This document shows, in pieces, positions 1 to 9,500 of a DNA stretch of 37,141 nt (the first letter of the stretch is position 1; every line of letters begins with the position of its first letter). This DNA is from an uncultured Eubacterium sp. (lineage in GTDB: Bacteria; Bacillota; Clostridia; Lachnospirales; Lachnospiraceae), in assembly GCA_964515045.1 (NCBI GenBank), contig CAZERX010000001.1, positions 1 to 37,141 of the forward strand. The letters are read 5' to 3'. Position numbers and translations under genes: made by a program. Under the pieces are notes generated by a model. It had not been told where the DNA came from. It searched no databases and worked only from the letters and a program-made list of their open reading frames with translations.

Positions 1-7
1 TTTATAC

Positions 8-1021
8 CTAAACATTCGTATTTTCAAGAACATCACTAATATACTTTTTTAAGCCTCTCTCGGTCGAAAAATCGTATTTTTTACTGTTTTTAGTAAAATA
101 TGCTTCTATATCTTCCTTTTTGATCGGCTCATGAGACGGAACATTATACGCATACCCTTTTCGTGCAAATTTCCAAGGGTCTTCTTCATGTGTAATTCTT
201 TCCAATACCTTTCCCCCATACTCACCAAATGTATTAACAACCAAGTCAATGACTCTGCATTCCTCCTTAGTCAACTGACCTTCAGACCCATCAAGTATCG
301 CAAAACGTGCATCTTCTATCGGATTATACTTAAAGTCGTTGAACATATAATAAACTTCCGGATACACTGGACCATGAATCCAAGCCTGACAATTTTCAAG
401 GAATATTGGTTTTCCATTTAAGGCAAAAGACTCACCCTGAACAAAATAAAGCAATTTTTGGAGCATGAGCGGCGTTACCTCTTCTAACTTCTTAAACAAA
501 TAGGCAATTACACTCAACATCTTATCTGAAACTGCAAATAGAGTTTCCAACTTTATTGCTGCTTCCATCGCTTTATTATAAGCTGCCGGAACAATTTTTT
601 CTTTGTTTTCATTTAATTTTTCTTTCATAAAATTTGGAGAGGATAATGCCTTCTTGATAATATCAGAATAAGATTTTGACGGTATCTGACCCAACAGATA
701 TCTCGTAATCGTAACTTCCCCAAAGCCCAGTACTAAAGATAATGGTGCCTTGCCAATCTTATAAATTTTCATGAGTTTTTCAATATCATCTACTGAAACT
801 ATCCCTTCATAGGCTCTGTATTGTTCATCAATTTCCTGAATATTTTTGTCAATCAATCCCAGAATGCTCATTTCTTCCCCACATTCATTACATACTGCCA
901 CAGTTATGCTGAACACATACTCTATATCTTTAATAGTTTTTACAATATTTCGTTTTTGTAAGGTATACTCTGTTTCGTTTCTGCATTCAATGCAAAAATC
1001 AGTTCTCCTTTTTTCCATCAT
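8..1021 (-). CDS. Antitoxin: MqsA-like Zn ribbon + HTH fused to Panacea/SocA (DUF4065) domain
   Basis: N-terminal CIEC...CNEC zinc ligands, HTH-like LSLVLGFGEVTITRYLLG, C-terminal LQKLLYFVQG / QAWIHGPVYPEVY / ITHEEDPW motifs typical of DUF4065; GGAGG RBS; directly downstream of a toxin-like gene. Confidence 0.85.
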   Translation of the reverse strand: MMEKRRTDFCIECRNETEYTLQKRNIVKTIKDIEYVFSITVAVCNECGEEMSILGLIDKNIQEIDEQYRAYEGIVSVDDIEKLMKIYKIGKAPLSLVLGFGEVTITRYLLGQIPSKSYSDIIKKALSSPNFMKEKLNENKEKIVPAAYNKAMEAAIKLETLFAVSDKMLSVIAYLFKKLEEVTPLMLQKLLYFVQGESFALNGKPIFLENCQAWIHGPVYPEVYYMFNDFKYNPIEDARFAILDGSEGQLTKEECRVIDLVVNTFGEYGGKVLERITHEEDPWKFARKGYAYNVPSHEPIKKEDIEAYFTKNSKKYDFSTERGLKKYISDVLENTNV

Positions 1022-1038
1022 GAATCCTCCTCGTATTA

Positions 1039-1434
1039 CTACTTAAAATAATAATGTATCGGATATCGCTGCTCGTGTAATGATACTACAATCACATAGC
1101 ACTTATCCGTCTTGTTAAATTTTATGTATAGGGACACTGTTTTGCTCACATTACCCATTCTCTCTAAAAGCTCTACGTCTTTTCCAAATACATATAGTAA
1201 CTCATGCTCATATCCACGATGTTCATTATGCAATATTTCAGAAAAATCAGTTGCTGTTAATCCCAATAAAATATCCCTTGCCATTGTTTCATCAATAACA
1301 TAATTTAAGAATAAATCTCCATTGTCTTGTCGACGAGAGTTCATCTCTATTCTATATCTATTTTTTTGAATTGCATCTTTTACCTCAGTTAGGTAGATCT
1401 CAATATCATTTAATGTAATACCCAATATATACAT
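1039..1434 (-). CDS. MqsR-like (RelE-fold) type II toxin
   Basis: 131 aa with LYVFGK...LYIKF...VIVVSLH pattern resembling the MqsR family; upstream of an MqsA-like antitoxin. Confidence 0.7.
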   Translation of the reverse strand: MYILGITLNDIEIYLTEVKDAIQKNRYRIEMNSRRQDNGDLFLNYVIDETMARDILLGLTATDFSEILHNEHRGYEHELLYVFGKDVELLERMGNVSKTVSLYIKFNKTDKCYVIVVSLHEQRYPIHYYFK

Positions 1435-1478
1435 CTTCTCCTTTTGGAATGATCGGATTTTTATGTTTTCCTATCATC

Positions 1479-1506
1479 ATTATATGGCATGATTGCTTTT
1501 TGTCAA
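1479..1506 (-). promoter_or_regulatory. Sigma-A promoter of the TA operon
   Basis: Minus strand TTGACA-N16-TATAAT (perfect hexamers), flanked by two copies of CCTATCAT (1470-1477, 1510-1517) that may be operators. Confidence 0.75.
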
Positions 1507-1605
1507 TATCCTATCATTATCTATTTTTGAAAATCTAAGTTTTTTCTTTTTTGAATGAGGGAGAAATCAAAAAAGTGCTAATCCACAACGACTTTTATGC
1601 TCCCC

Positions 1606-2937
1606 CTATCGCCCCAGCGCCAGCCCGATCAGGCGATCCGTCTGATCCGCCATAAAGAGCGGGATGTTCAGCACGTCGTTGTCCAGTTTCAGATTATCCA
1701 GTGAGAATCTTACGCGGAGTCTGACCTGATCCGAAAACAGCTCCTTGAATTTTTTAAGGCTCTTGCCGGACAGGTTCGTTTCTGCCTTGACCTCCACCGG
1801 AAAAATATCGTTTTCACGCTGGATCAGAAAATCCACTTCATACGGCGGATTATTCTGACTCCAGTACCGCGGCATCACTTCAAACTGCGTGATCAGCGCC
1901 TGCAGCACGTAATTTTCGGTCAATGCTCCCTTAAACTCCGTAAACATGCGGTTTCCCTCGCCAAATGCCGTCGGCGACAACTGCGACAAACGGCGCAAAA
2001 GTCCCACATCGACCAGATAGATCTTGAATGCCGTCAGATCATCATAGGCAGCGATCGGCAGCCCCGGCGCTGTACTGCGATAAATTTTGTGCAGCAGTCG
2101 GGCATCCACCAGCCATTGCAGCGCGTCCTCATATTCACGCGCCCGCGCGCCTTCCTTCACGACCTTATAAATAAATTTCTTATTCTCACGTGCAAGCTGT
2201 GAGGGCACGGACTTCCACAGCATAGAGATCTTTGGAAATTCACTCGGATTCGGATGTTTTGCAAAATCGCGCTCATAAGATCCGAGGATCCCTGCCAGTG
2301 CATCCTGCATTGCCGAAACATCGCGCGCCTCCGTCCACATCAGAACTGATTCCGGCATTCCGCCTGTCACATAATACATTTTCAGCTTTTCACAGAGCGG
2401 GTTAAAAAAAGCATCCGGCAGCGGCTCGATCGTATCCACCTGTTCCATGTAAGCCGCAAGGTTTCCATCCCCATTCGCAAGCAGAAATTCCGTAAAGGTC
2501 ATGGGATCGATCTGCAGAAAATTCACCTTGCCGACCGGAAATGAGGATGGCTTTGCCAGTGCAATGCCAAGCAGTGAGCCTGCACAGGCGATATGATACT
2601 GCGGTGCATTCTCACAAAAATACTTCATCGCATTGATCACCTTCGGGCAATCCTGTACTTCATCAAAAATGATCAATGTTTTCTCCGGTGCGATCACCTG
2701 TCCGCTCGCCATCATCAGATTTTGCAGAATGCGCGAAACATCCTTCGTCGTTTCAAAAAACTGCCGGTATTCCTCGTTTTCATCAAAGTTAAAATACGCG
2801 GTATTTTCATAATACCGCCTGCCAAATTCCTTGAGGATCCATGTCTTACCGACCTGCCGCACACCCTTTAGGATCAATGGTTTGCGGTAAGGCGAATTTT
2901 TCCAATCTAATAGTCTGCTTAATATCAGCCGCTCCAT
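1606..2937 (-). CDS. AAA+ ATPase with DUF4143 and C-terminal PD-(D/E)XK-like motif
   Basis: Walker A GVRQVGKT, Walker B IIFDEVQ, YYVTGGMPE, C-terminal EVDFLIQ...PVEVK. Confidence 0.9.
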   Translation of the reverse strand: MERLILSRLLDWKNSPYRKPLILKGVRQVGKTWILKEFGRRYYENTAYFNFDENEEYRQFFETTKDVSRILQNLMMASGQVIAPEKTLIIFDEVQDCPKVINAMKYFCENAPQYHIACAGSLLGIALAKPSSFPVGKVNFLQIDPMTFTEFLLANGDGNLAAYMEQVDTIEPLPDAFFNPLCEKLKMYYVTGGMPESVLMWTEARDVSAMQDALAGILGSYERDFAKHPNPSEFPKISMLWKSVPSQLARENKKFIYKVVKEGARAREYEDALQWLVDARLLHKIYRSTAPGLPIAAYDDLTAFKIYLVDVGLLRRLSQLSPTAFGEGNRMFTEFKGALTENYVLQALITQFEVMPRYWSQNNPPYEVDFLIQRENDIFPVEVKAETNLSGKSLKKFKELFSDQVRLRVRFSLDNLKLDNDVLNIPLFMADQTDRLIGLALGR

Positions 2938-2980
2938 ACCGTCACGCCTCCGCTTTATTCTCTATGTCTTATACTACCCG

Positions 2981-3085
2981 ATCACATTTTTTATACACCT
3001 ATTTTAGTAAAAAAACAAGCCGTTTTCACATTATTTTATATAAAAGCGTGAGAATAATCACACTTTTATATATTTTTGTGTGATT
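2981..3085. repeat. TCAC(A)-T-rich direct and inverted repeats upstream of the AAA-DUF4143 gene
   Basis: ATCACATTTT 2981, TCACATT 3026, AATCACAC 3056-3063 with inverted partner GTGTGATT 3078-3085. Confidence 0.45.
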
Positions 3086-3114
3086 TTGAGCTTCAACAGA
3101 ATTTCCTATCACAT

Positions 3115-3148
3115 AAAAAAAGCGAAGTGCTTATCGCAGCACTCCGCT
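3115..3148 (-). terminator. Rho-independent terminator ending the biosynthetic island
   Basis: Minus strand AGCGGAGTGCT-gcgata-AGCACTTCGCT followed by a T run. Confidence 0.8.
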
Positions 3149-3231
3149 AAAAGCCTGATCGGTTTGAGCATGATACCATGCTTGATCAGGTCTGTTTTTT
3201 CTCCCAACGACTTTTTTTCTTTCGGCAGTTT

Positions 3232-4656
3232 TCACAAGGTATAATACTGCTCCAGCTCCCGATACAGGGTCTTTCCGGCATCATTTTTCGGGATCTCAGC
3301 TAAAGTGACCGTCTCAAATGCCGACGGATGCAGTCCGGTTTTTTCCACAACATAGCTTTTAACGGCTGCTGCCTTGGTTTCGTCGGTAAGAAAAATGTAC
3401 AGATGGTCGTCCGTTCCTGCGGTCGCACAGTCAATACCATCAAACGCGCCCTTGATCATCCGATCCATCTCGTCCAGATTCACACGATTGCCATAAATTT
3501 TCAAAAAGCGCTTTTTTCTGCCTACGATATAATAGTAGCCATCCGCATCAAACTGTGCCATATCACCGGTTTGCAGAATCCCGCCGCGCTCATCCCCGCG
3601 CAGCAGATCCTCGCCGCACTCCGCATAACCGAGTGTGACGTTCGGTCCCTCATAGACCAGCTCTCCGGTCTTTCCGGTTTCCGTGATCACCGAGCCATCC
3701 GTGTCGATCAGTGTAAACCTGCCATTCGGGATCGCGATGCCCATAGAACCGCATTTTTCCACTGCCATATCTGCCGGCAGATAGCCCATGCGCGCAGTCG
3801 CCTCACATTGCCCGTACATAACAATAAAACGCTTGCCGGTATCTGCCGCATACGCTGCAAAATCCGCATGAAGCTCCTTCGTCAGCTTACCGCCCGCCTG
3901 CGTCATCGTCCGCAGTGACGGCAGCTCCATCCGCATAAAACGCAGCTTGTGCAGGATCTCATAGGTATAAGGCACGCCACCGAAGGAGGTCGCACCCTGC
4001 TCCTTGAAAAACGTCCAGAACTCCTTCTGCATCAGTGATCTTTCCGTAAAAAGCAGTGTCGCACCGACCAGCAGATGACTATTGATGATCGACAAGCCGT
4101 AGGTATAATTCATCGGCAGCGTCGTAATCGGGCGCTCCGTTTCATCCAGCTCCAGATACTCTGCGATCGACTGCGCGTTTGCCAGAATATTATCGTAGCT
4201 CTGTCGGACAAATTTCGGGCTTCCGGTCGAGCCGGAGGTCGTCAGCAGAAGTCCCAGCTTTTCATATAAGGGATATCCGGTCTGACTGCCATTTTTCAGC
4301 AGCGTATAGCCATACGCCTCGTACACATTTTCCATCTGAGAAAACAGCGGCTCTGCCCGAAGCTCTGACGGCAGCCACACGAACGGCGGCAGATACCGCT
4401 CCAAAAGATTCGACAAAAGCTCGCGCTCCAACTGCGCATTGAGCAGCATCGGAACGATCCCTGCATTGATGAACGCAGCATAGCCCCCCGCTGATCCGAT
4501 ACGGTTCGTGCACAGCACCGTGACCAGTGTGCGCCCGCCCATACACGTCGTCAGTTGCTCCTGCATCTGCGAAAGCTCGCGATACGTCACCTGTCCGCCC
4601 AGATCATCGATCATCGCAGGGCGATCTCCATATTTTTGTAAATCCCACATAAGCAC
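3232..4656 (-). CDS. AMP-binding (ANL family) acyl-CoA/acyl-ACP ligase
   Basis: LLTTSGSTGSPK (A3), MYGQCEAT (A5), LQTGD (A7), GRKKRFLKIYGNRV (A8), IPKNDAGK (A10). Confidence 0.9.
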   Translation of the reverse strand: MLMWDLQKYGDRPAMIDDLGGQVTYRELSQMQEQLTTCMGGRTLVTVLCTNRIGSAGGYAAFINAGIVPMLLNAQLERELLSNLLERYLPPFVWLPSELRAEPLFSQMENVYEAYGYTLLKNGSQTGYPLYEKLGLLLTTSGSTGSPKFVRQSYDNILANAQSIAEYLELDETERPITTLPMNYTYGLSIINSHLLVGATLLFTERSLMQKEFWTFFKEQGATSFGGVPYTYEILHKLRFMRMELPSLRTMTQAGGKLTKELHADFAAYAADTGKRFIVMYGQCEATARMGYLPADMAVEKCGSMGIAIPNGRFTLIDTDGSVITETGKTGELVYEGPNVTLGYAECGEDLLRGDERGGILQTGDMAQFDADGYYYIVGRKKRFLKIYGNRVNLDEMDRMIKGAFDGIDCATAGTDDHLYIFLTDETKAAAVKSYVVEKTGLHPSAFETVTLAEIPKNDAGKTLYRELEQYYTL

Positions 4657-4659
4657 TCC

Positions 4660-6981
4660 TTATCTGACTGCGATCGTCCGCGTCAGTCGATCCATCAGAT
4701 CGTAACCATCCCACATCAGATCAAAATCCATCGTATGACCCACCGGTACGATCCGATCCAGTCCGTGTATGCCGGATCGAAGCAGCGGCAGGATATCATC
4801 CGCCGCTCCCACATAGCCCAGCGTCTGACAATGTGTATCATTACAGAACTCCCGCAGCTCCATCAGATCCCGACAGTCGTATTCGTAAAAATATCCGCTG
4901 TTTCCGCGATAGTTCATCAGCTCCGGTCTCAGACGATCCACCTGTACCCGAACGATCAGATTGTCCTGCCGCGGCAACATTTTCACTCTGCCGACATCCT
5001 CATTTTCCGGCGCGGATGCCGCAAGATACGCGGTCAACAGCTTGTCCACGCTCTGAACCGGCTGCAAAGGATATTTCTTTTTCACAAATGCATGCAGCTC
5101 ATCCCAAAACATCTGCTTTGCCTGCGCGATACGGCTGCCATGCCACACGACCACGCGCGGACTGGTGCACGCATTCTGATCCGACAGATACGTGTCATTA
5201 TAAAAATCCTGCGCAACGCGCGCCTGTTCTGCACGCTCCAGATATGCGTCCGCATCGATCACAGCGAGCGAATACCGATCCGCAAAGGTGATCTCCGTCG
5301 CCCGCGGCGGCAGCTCTGCCCTGCGAAGCTCTGCGATCGTGGCATCTCCGCCCCAGACGATCCGCACATCACACATCGCGGATAGCTGCGCATTCACCTG
5401 TGCATCGCGCTCGTAACGCACCAGCGCCACATACGGTCGCAGCTTCGGGTGCGCCTGCAATACCTTTTTTACGGCTGCGGCGATAAGACCGACCTGCGGA
5501 AATTCCTTCGACGGCACACGCACAACGTTCGCATTGCCTGCCAGCAGTCCGGTAAACAGGGAATACGCAAAATTGACCGGCACATTCGAGGGCGCAATGT
5601 GAAATGCCACGCCCCTGCCGACACGCACATCCGCGTGCGCCGACTGATACTTTTTCTGAAAGCTGCGCATGGATGACCGACGCAGCCAAAATCCCAACGT
5701 CACAATATCCGGATAACGGCGACATGCGGCATCCGTCATCAATTCCTTTGCCAACTCATCGAAAAATTCGAGCACTTCCTCAGAAAACGGCTGCAAAACC
5801 GGCTGTGCATGCATCGCCTGTACCGTCACAGCATCACCTGCGAGATAGGTCAGCTTCTGATATATGCCGGATCCATCCGGCTGTCTGTTGGCATGATCTG
5901 CTGCGTAGGTATCACTGCAGCCGCGCAGCTCCGCATTTTTCACACGCCCCAGCACTTGAAAATATTTGCCCTTTCTGCCGCAGGGGCAATCATCCTCACC
6001 TAAGATCACGCCCTCATCCTCCGTCAGCAGAGAATGACCCGCATAGGACTCCGGAATCGAGGATACGACCTGTATGAGTCCCTTTTTTCCATGCGGACAG
6101 ATGGAGTAATCCTGCGGATCCCGAATGAGCACATCCGAAAAAATACTGGCATGCAGATGTCCGCATTCACACTGCATGTAAATACAGCCGGTCTGCTCGA
6201 CCATGCCATAATAATCATGCACATCGGAAAGTCCGCACACCGCTGTCAGCCGCTCGCGAAATTCCTCCGCAGAAACCGCTTCGGAAGCCAGCTTTTTCCA
6301 ACCGCCGCCGTGGATCAGCACGGCATTCGACAGATCCAGCCGCTCGCCGGTCTCATCCTGCAGCCGGACAAGCTCTTTGTAAAAATGCTGCCAGATCATA
6401 AATGTAAATCCAAATAAGAATATTTTCTTATTTTTATATTTTTCAAGAAATTCACGCAATTCCGTGAGATTTAGGCGCATCTCATCATCCAGCGCGTACA
6501 TTTTCTTTGACCCAAAGATCGAAAAACCGAGGATGCCCGCGCCCCGCGCAGAGAACATCCTGCGATCCTTCACCACGGACGGACAATCGATAATGATCAT
6601 CGGCATCCGCGCAGAACCGGTAAAATCTGCTACGATGCGCGCCATCGCTTTCTGCTGGTTCGCCGCCGTCGCTTTGTCCAGATAGATCTTGGACACAGCC
6701 TGTCCGGTCGTTCCTGATGAAGTCATCGTCTTTATGACTGCATCATCCGGCACGCTCTTTATCGTGCGCTCCTTGAACAGGCGCACCGGCAGGAACGGCA
6801 GCTCCTCATACGACGTGATCTGCTGCTCATCAAAGCCATCCACATCCAGTATGTTTGCATACTGCGGACAATTCGCCCGATGATGCGCCGTCTGCGTTAG
6901 GAGACGCTGAGACAGCAGACGATGCTTGTCAGTCTTATTCAGTTCGTAGGGTGCGTAGTTAAGAAAATCCTCAAAATCCAC
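4660..6981 (-). CDS. LuxE-LuxC fusion: acyl-protein synthetase + acyl-CoA reductase
   Basis: N half has TSSGTTG, DYYGMVEQ, LLTEDEG, ELRGCS (LuxE); C half has FHIAPSNVP, WGGD, DQNACTSP (LuxC catalytic Cys); GTG start with GAGGT RBS. Confidence 0.9.
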   Translation of the reverse strand: MDFEDFLNYAPYELNKTDKHRLLSQRLLTQTAHHRANCPQYANILDVDGFDEQQITSYEELPFLPVRLFKERTIKSVPDDAVIKTMTSSGTTGQAVSKIYLDKATAANQQKAMARIVADFTGSARMPMIIIDCPSVVKDRRMFSARGAGILGFSIFGSKKMYALDDEMRLNLTELREFLEKYKNKKIFLFGFTFMIWQHFYKELVRLQDETGERLDLSNAVLIHGGGWKKLASEAVSAEEFRERLTAVCGLSDVHDYYGMVEQTGCIYMQCECGHLHASIFSDVLIRDPQDYSICPHGKKGLIQVVSSIPESYAGHSLLTEDEGVILGEDDCPCGRKGKYFQVLGRVKNAELRGCSDTYAADHANRQPDGSGIYQKLTYLAGDAVTVQAMHAQPVLQPFSEEVLEFFDELAKELMTDAACRRYPDIVTLGFWLRRSSMRSFQKKYQSAHADVRVGRGVAFHIAPSNVPVNFAYSLFTGLLAGNANVVRVPSKEFPQVGLIAAAVKKVLQAHPKLRPYVALVRYERDAQVNAQLSAMCDVRIVWGGDATIAELRRAELPPRATEITFADRYSLAVIDADAYLERAEQARVAQDFYNDTYLSDQNACTSPRVVVWHGSRIAQAKQMFWDELHAFVKKKYPLQPVQSVDKLLTAYLAASAPENEDVGRVKMLPRQDNLIVRVQVDRLRPELMNYRGNSGYFYEYDCRDLMELREFCNDTHCQTLGYVGAADDILPLLRSGIHGLDRIVPVGHTMDFDLMWDGYDLMDRLTRTIAVR

Positions 6982-7027
6982 GTGTGTACCTCATACTATT
7001 GATTTCTATTTTATAAAAGTCTATCGG

Positions 7028-8590
7028 TTACTTGACCACTCTCCACTCTCCTGCTTTTGTAGATCCCTGTCTCGTTATCTCACCCACTTTTTTCATCACC
7101 TTTATACGATATCGGACTGATTCTACTGTTGTGTCAAGATATTCCGCAATCTCTTTTGCACTGATTGACGGATTTTCCTGCATCATTTTTTTAATTTCTT
7201 TGGTCATTTCTTTGGTCATTTCTTTGGTCATTTCTTTGGTCATTTCTTCTGTTATTTCTCCTACAGCAGTAGATCGCTTCTGTTCTTCTTCTCGAATCAA
7301 TGCAAATTCTTCATTGATCCTTACGACTGCCATAGTATAATCATCGCTGTCATTATCTGGCAAAAAATACAGCTCCGGTGAGTGATTCTCTTTTAACGAT
7401 TCCTTTGCGCGACGAATCCCCGACCCGTATGACTCAATCAAGTCAAGTGCAAAAAACATTTCTTTCAATTCCGGATTCAAGTATTGTCGATCATCAAATC
7501 GTGTTTCCTTATTCATCGCTTCTATCGTGACCGGTGGAATCGGGCGATTATGATTCACAAAGGTTATCCTGTCATCATATACATATATACCTATATAATT
7601 GGGAGATTCATACTGTTTATGCAAAATACAATTTGTTGCCAACTCCTCAAACACTGTCAGCGGCCAGTTGTAAACCACACGATGCTCGATTGCAGACGAC
7701 TCTCTAACCGTATAAGATGCCATAATGTTATCCTTAAAATATCGGCTTACCTGTTTTGCCTGCATCCATATCGGTCCGTCAAAAATTTTAGCTTCCATTT
7801 TATCCGTTCCGACTGCCTCTCTGATAATTTCCACATGCGCATACGGAATAAAAGCGTCCGGCTTTTCCGCAAACATTAACACAGCAAAATTTTTAGCACG
7901 ATAGCCACCATATTCACTCTCACTGATCAAGCCCATACTTTTTGCCATATCTAATTTTGACTGATTTCGGATATCCTCCCTTGCATTCGTGGCGATCAAA
8001 TATTCTTTCATATATTCATAGCTCAGATCATCCAGCGTTGCTGTCTCGTTCAGATTGGAGCTAAATACATCATGCGCGAATTTACGCAACAATTCATATT
8101 CTTCCTTAAAATTCGGCAGCTTGGTATCCCTCTTTACCCTAATATATCTACCGGCTTTCAGTCCGATATCCTTACTGCTTTCTGCCTTATCACTGGTTTG
8201 ATAGGGGCCTGCATTTCCGGGTTCAACAGCTATAACAATATAATTTTTTTGATCGATCACATCTGTAATCAGATGATAATTCACCTTCGGATGAATATTC
8301 GCCAACAACTGCTTTAATGAATTTTCCGTACTTTCTATCAAGCACTCCTCTACACCACAGATAGGTCTTTTTGGTACTGCTTTTTCACCGGTTAGCGGAT
8401 CGTTCACTTCTTCTATCCCAATAAACAACAATCCAATTTCCCGATTCATATAGTTATTGGCATATGCGCATACCGTTTTCAAAATCTTATTTTTGAAAGT
8501 AGCTGACTTCTTATATTCGATATGATCATTTTCTATGCTGCCCTTTTCAAGAATATCACGCGCCATTCTTTGAATATCCACTATTCGCAT
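7028..8590 (-). CDS. AlbA_2 (Schlafen-like) + HATPase_c_4 + wHTH protein
   Basis: ENDHIEYKKS...VCAYAN...GLLFIGIEE; ELATNCILHKQY; IESYGSGIRR; C-terminal HTH (ISAKEIAEYL...GSTKAGEWRV). Start moved to ATG 8590, which has a GAAGGT RBS. Confidence 0.85.
   Translation of the reverse strand: MRIVDIQRMARDILEKGSIENDHIEYKKSATFKNKILKTVCAYANNYMNREIGLLFIGIEEVNDPLTGEKAVPKRPICGVEECLIESTENSLKQLLANIHPKVNYHLITDVIDQKNYIVIAVEPGNAGPYQTSDKAESSKDIGLKAGRYIRVKRDTKLPNFKEEYELLRKFAHDVFSSNLNETATLDDLSYEYMKEYLIATNAREDIRNQSKLDMAKSMGLISESEYGGYRAKNFAVLMFAEKPDAFIPYAHVEIIREAVGTDKMEAKIFDGPIWMQAKQVSRYFKDNIMASYTVRESSAIEHRVVYNWPLTVFEELATNCILHKQYESPNYIGIYVYDDRITFVNHNRPIPPVTIEAMNKETRFDDRQYLNPELKEMFFALDLIESYGSGIRRAKESLKENHSPELYFLPDNDSDDYTMAVVRINEEFALIREEEQKRSTAVGEITEEMTKEMTKEMTKEMTKEIKKMMQENPSISAKEIAEYLDTTVESVRYRIKVMKKVGEITRQGSTKAGEWRVVK
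7194..7248. repeat. 12-bp tandem repeat (ATTTCTTTGGTC)x4.6 encoding (EMTK)n linker
   Basis: Four perfect units 7194-7241 plus a 7-bp partial unit. Confidence 0.95.
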
Positions 8591-8738
8591 ATACTCTACC
8601 TTCTTTCCATCAAGCCAAACGTTTCGTTTTTCTAATACCTGCCTCTCACAGTATACACGATACACGTCATATTCTCTATCATTTTATAACTTTCCTAGAT
8701 AAAATTCTCTGGACTGCACTAAACATTCCATTCATCAG

Positions 8739-8945
8739 TCATACAGGCTGCATCGCTTTCATTTCCAATTCCTTCAATTCATCTATCGACAATGAAGGCA
8801 CACAATCAGCAATTTCAGACAAAGACATTTTTCCGGTCTTTATCAGCTTCATTGCCGTTTGCTTTGCATTTTCTTTCGTATTCTCCTCTATGATATCCTG
8901 TGTATATGCTTTCAAAATCTGATCATCATCAAACAATGTCATCAT
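8739..8945 (-). CDS. Putative internally translated 68-aa small protein (RpnS-like antitoxin)
   Basis: Strong internal RBS AGGAGGT 10 nt before in-frame ATG ATG (MMTLFDDDQ...), ending with an HTH-like MSLSEIADCVPSLSIDEL. Confidence 0.55.
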   Translation of the reverse strand: MMTLFDDDQILKAYTQDIIEENTKENAKQTAMKLIKTGKMSLSEIADCVPSLSIDELKELEMKAMQPV

Positions 8946-9500
8946 TATATCCACTACCTCCTGTTCTCTGTTTTCAAGATATTCCTTCAGCACATTTCTG
9001 TCCTTGCAGATACGGGTCGTTTCCTCATTCTCCTAATACAGCACCTTTACTTCTGCATCAATCGCTATCTTTTCGCCGCCAAAAAATTCTCCCGACAATG
9101 ACATCACATCCGGTATCTGCGTTTTCTCTCCGGTAAAAATCATATACAGCTCCGGCTTCGGCAGTTTCACTTTTTTACTGCCATATAGATTCTGATTCGT
9201 TCTCTTAAAATAATCGTGATATGTCTGCACCAGATACATCAATGCACGAATAATGATATTGCGACTCCACGTGGACTGACTTTCCACTAAAATCATCAAC
9301 CGATCGCCCACCGAAAAACCAAGGTCATTATAATCCGCATCCACTAACACATGCTTGATCGTAATATCCTCGATCGCATCCTCTGACACATCCTCATCCT
9401 CCGGATGCAACGCCCTGTATAATTGCAGCAGGTATTTTTTGTTCTGAAACAGATCAGTAAAAACGCTGTCTTTTATTTTCCGTTTGGGTACACTTTTCAT
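8739..9500 (-). pseudogene. Rpn-like PD-(D/E)XK nuclease, broken by in-frame TAG at 9033-9035
   Basis: KDSVFTDLF, NDLGF...LVESQST, KLPKPELYMIFTGE; ORFs 9033-9563 and 8739-8993 are in the same frame, reading VLY*ENEETTRICKDRNVLKEY; start at 9500 after AAGGAGG. Confidence 0.75.

Noticed and set aside
7005-7045. Possible sigma28 -10 (ACCGATAG) upstream of the luxE-luxC fusion
   Set aside because: No matching -35 at 11-bp spacing
9033-9035. TAG read-through or pyrrolysine recoding in the Rpn gene
   Set aside because: Other genes here end in TAG, no pyl genes are in view, and an apparent adjacent deletion points to decay
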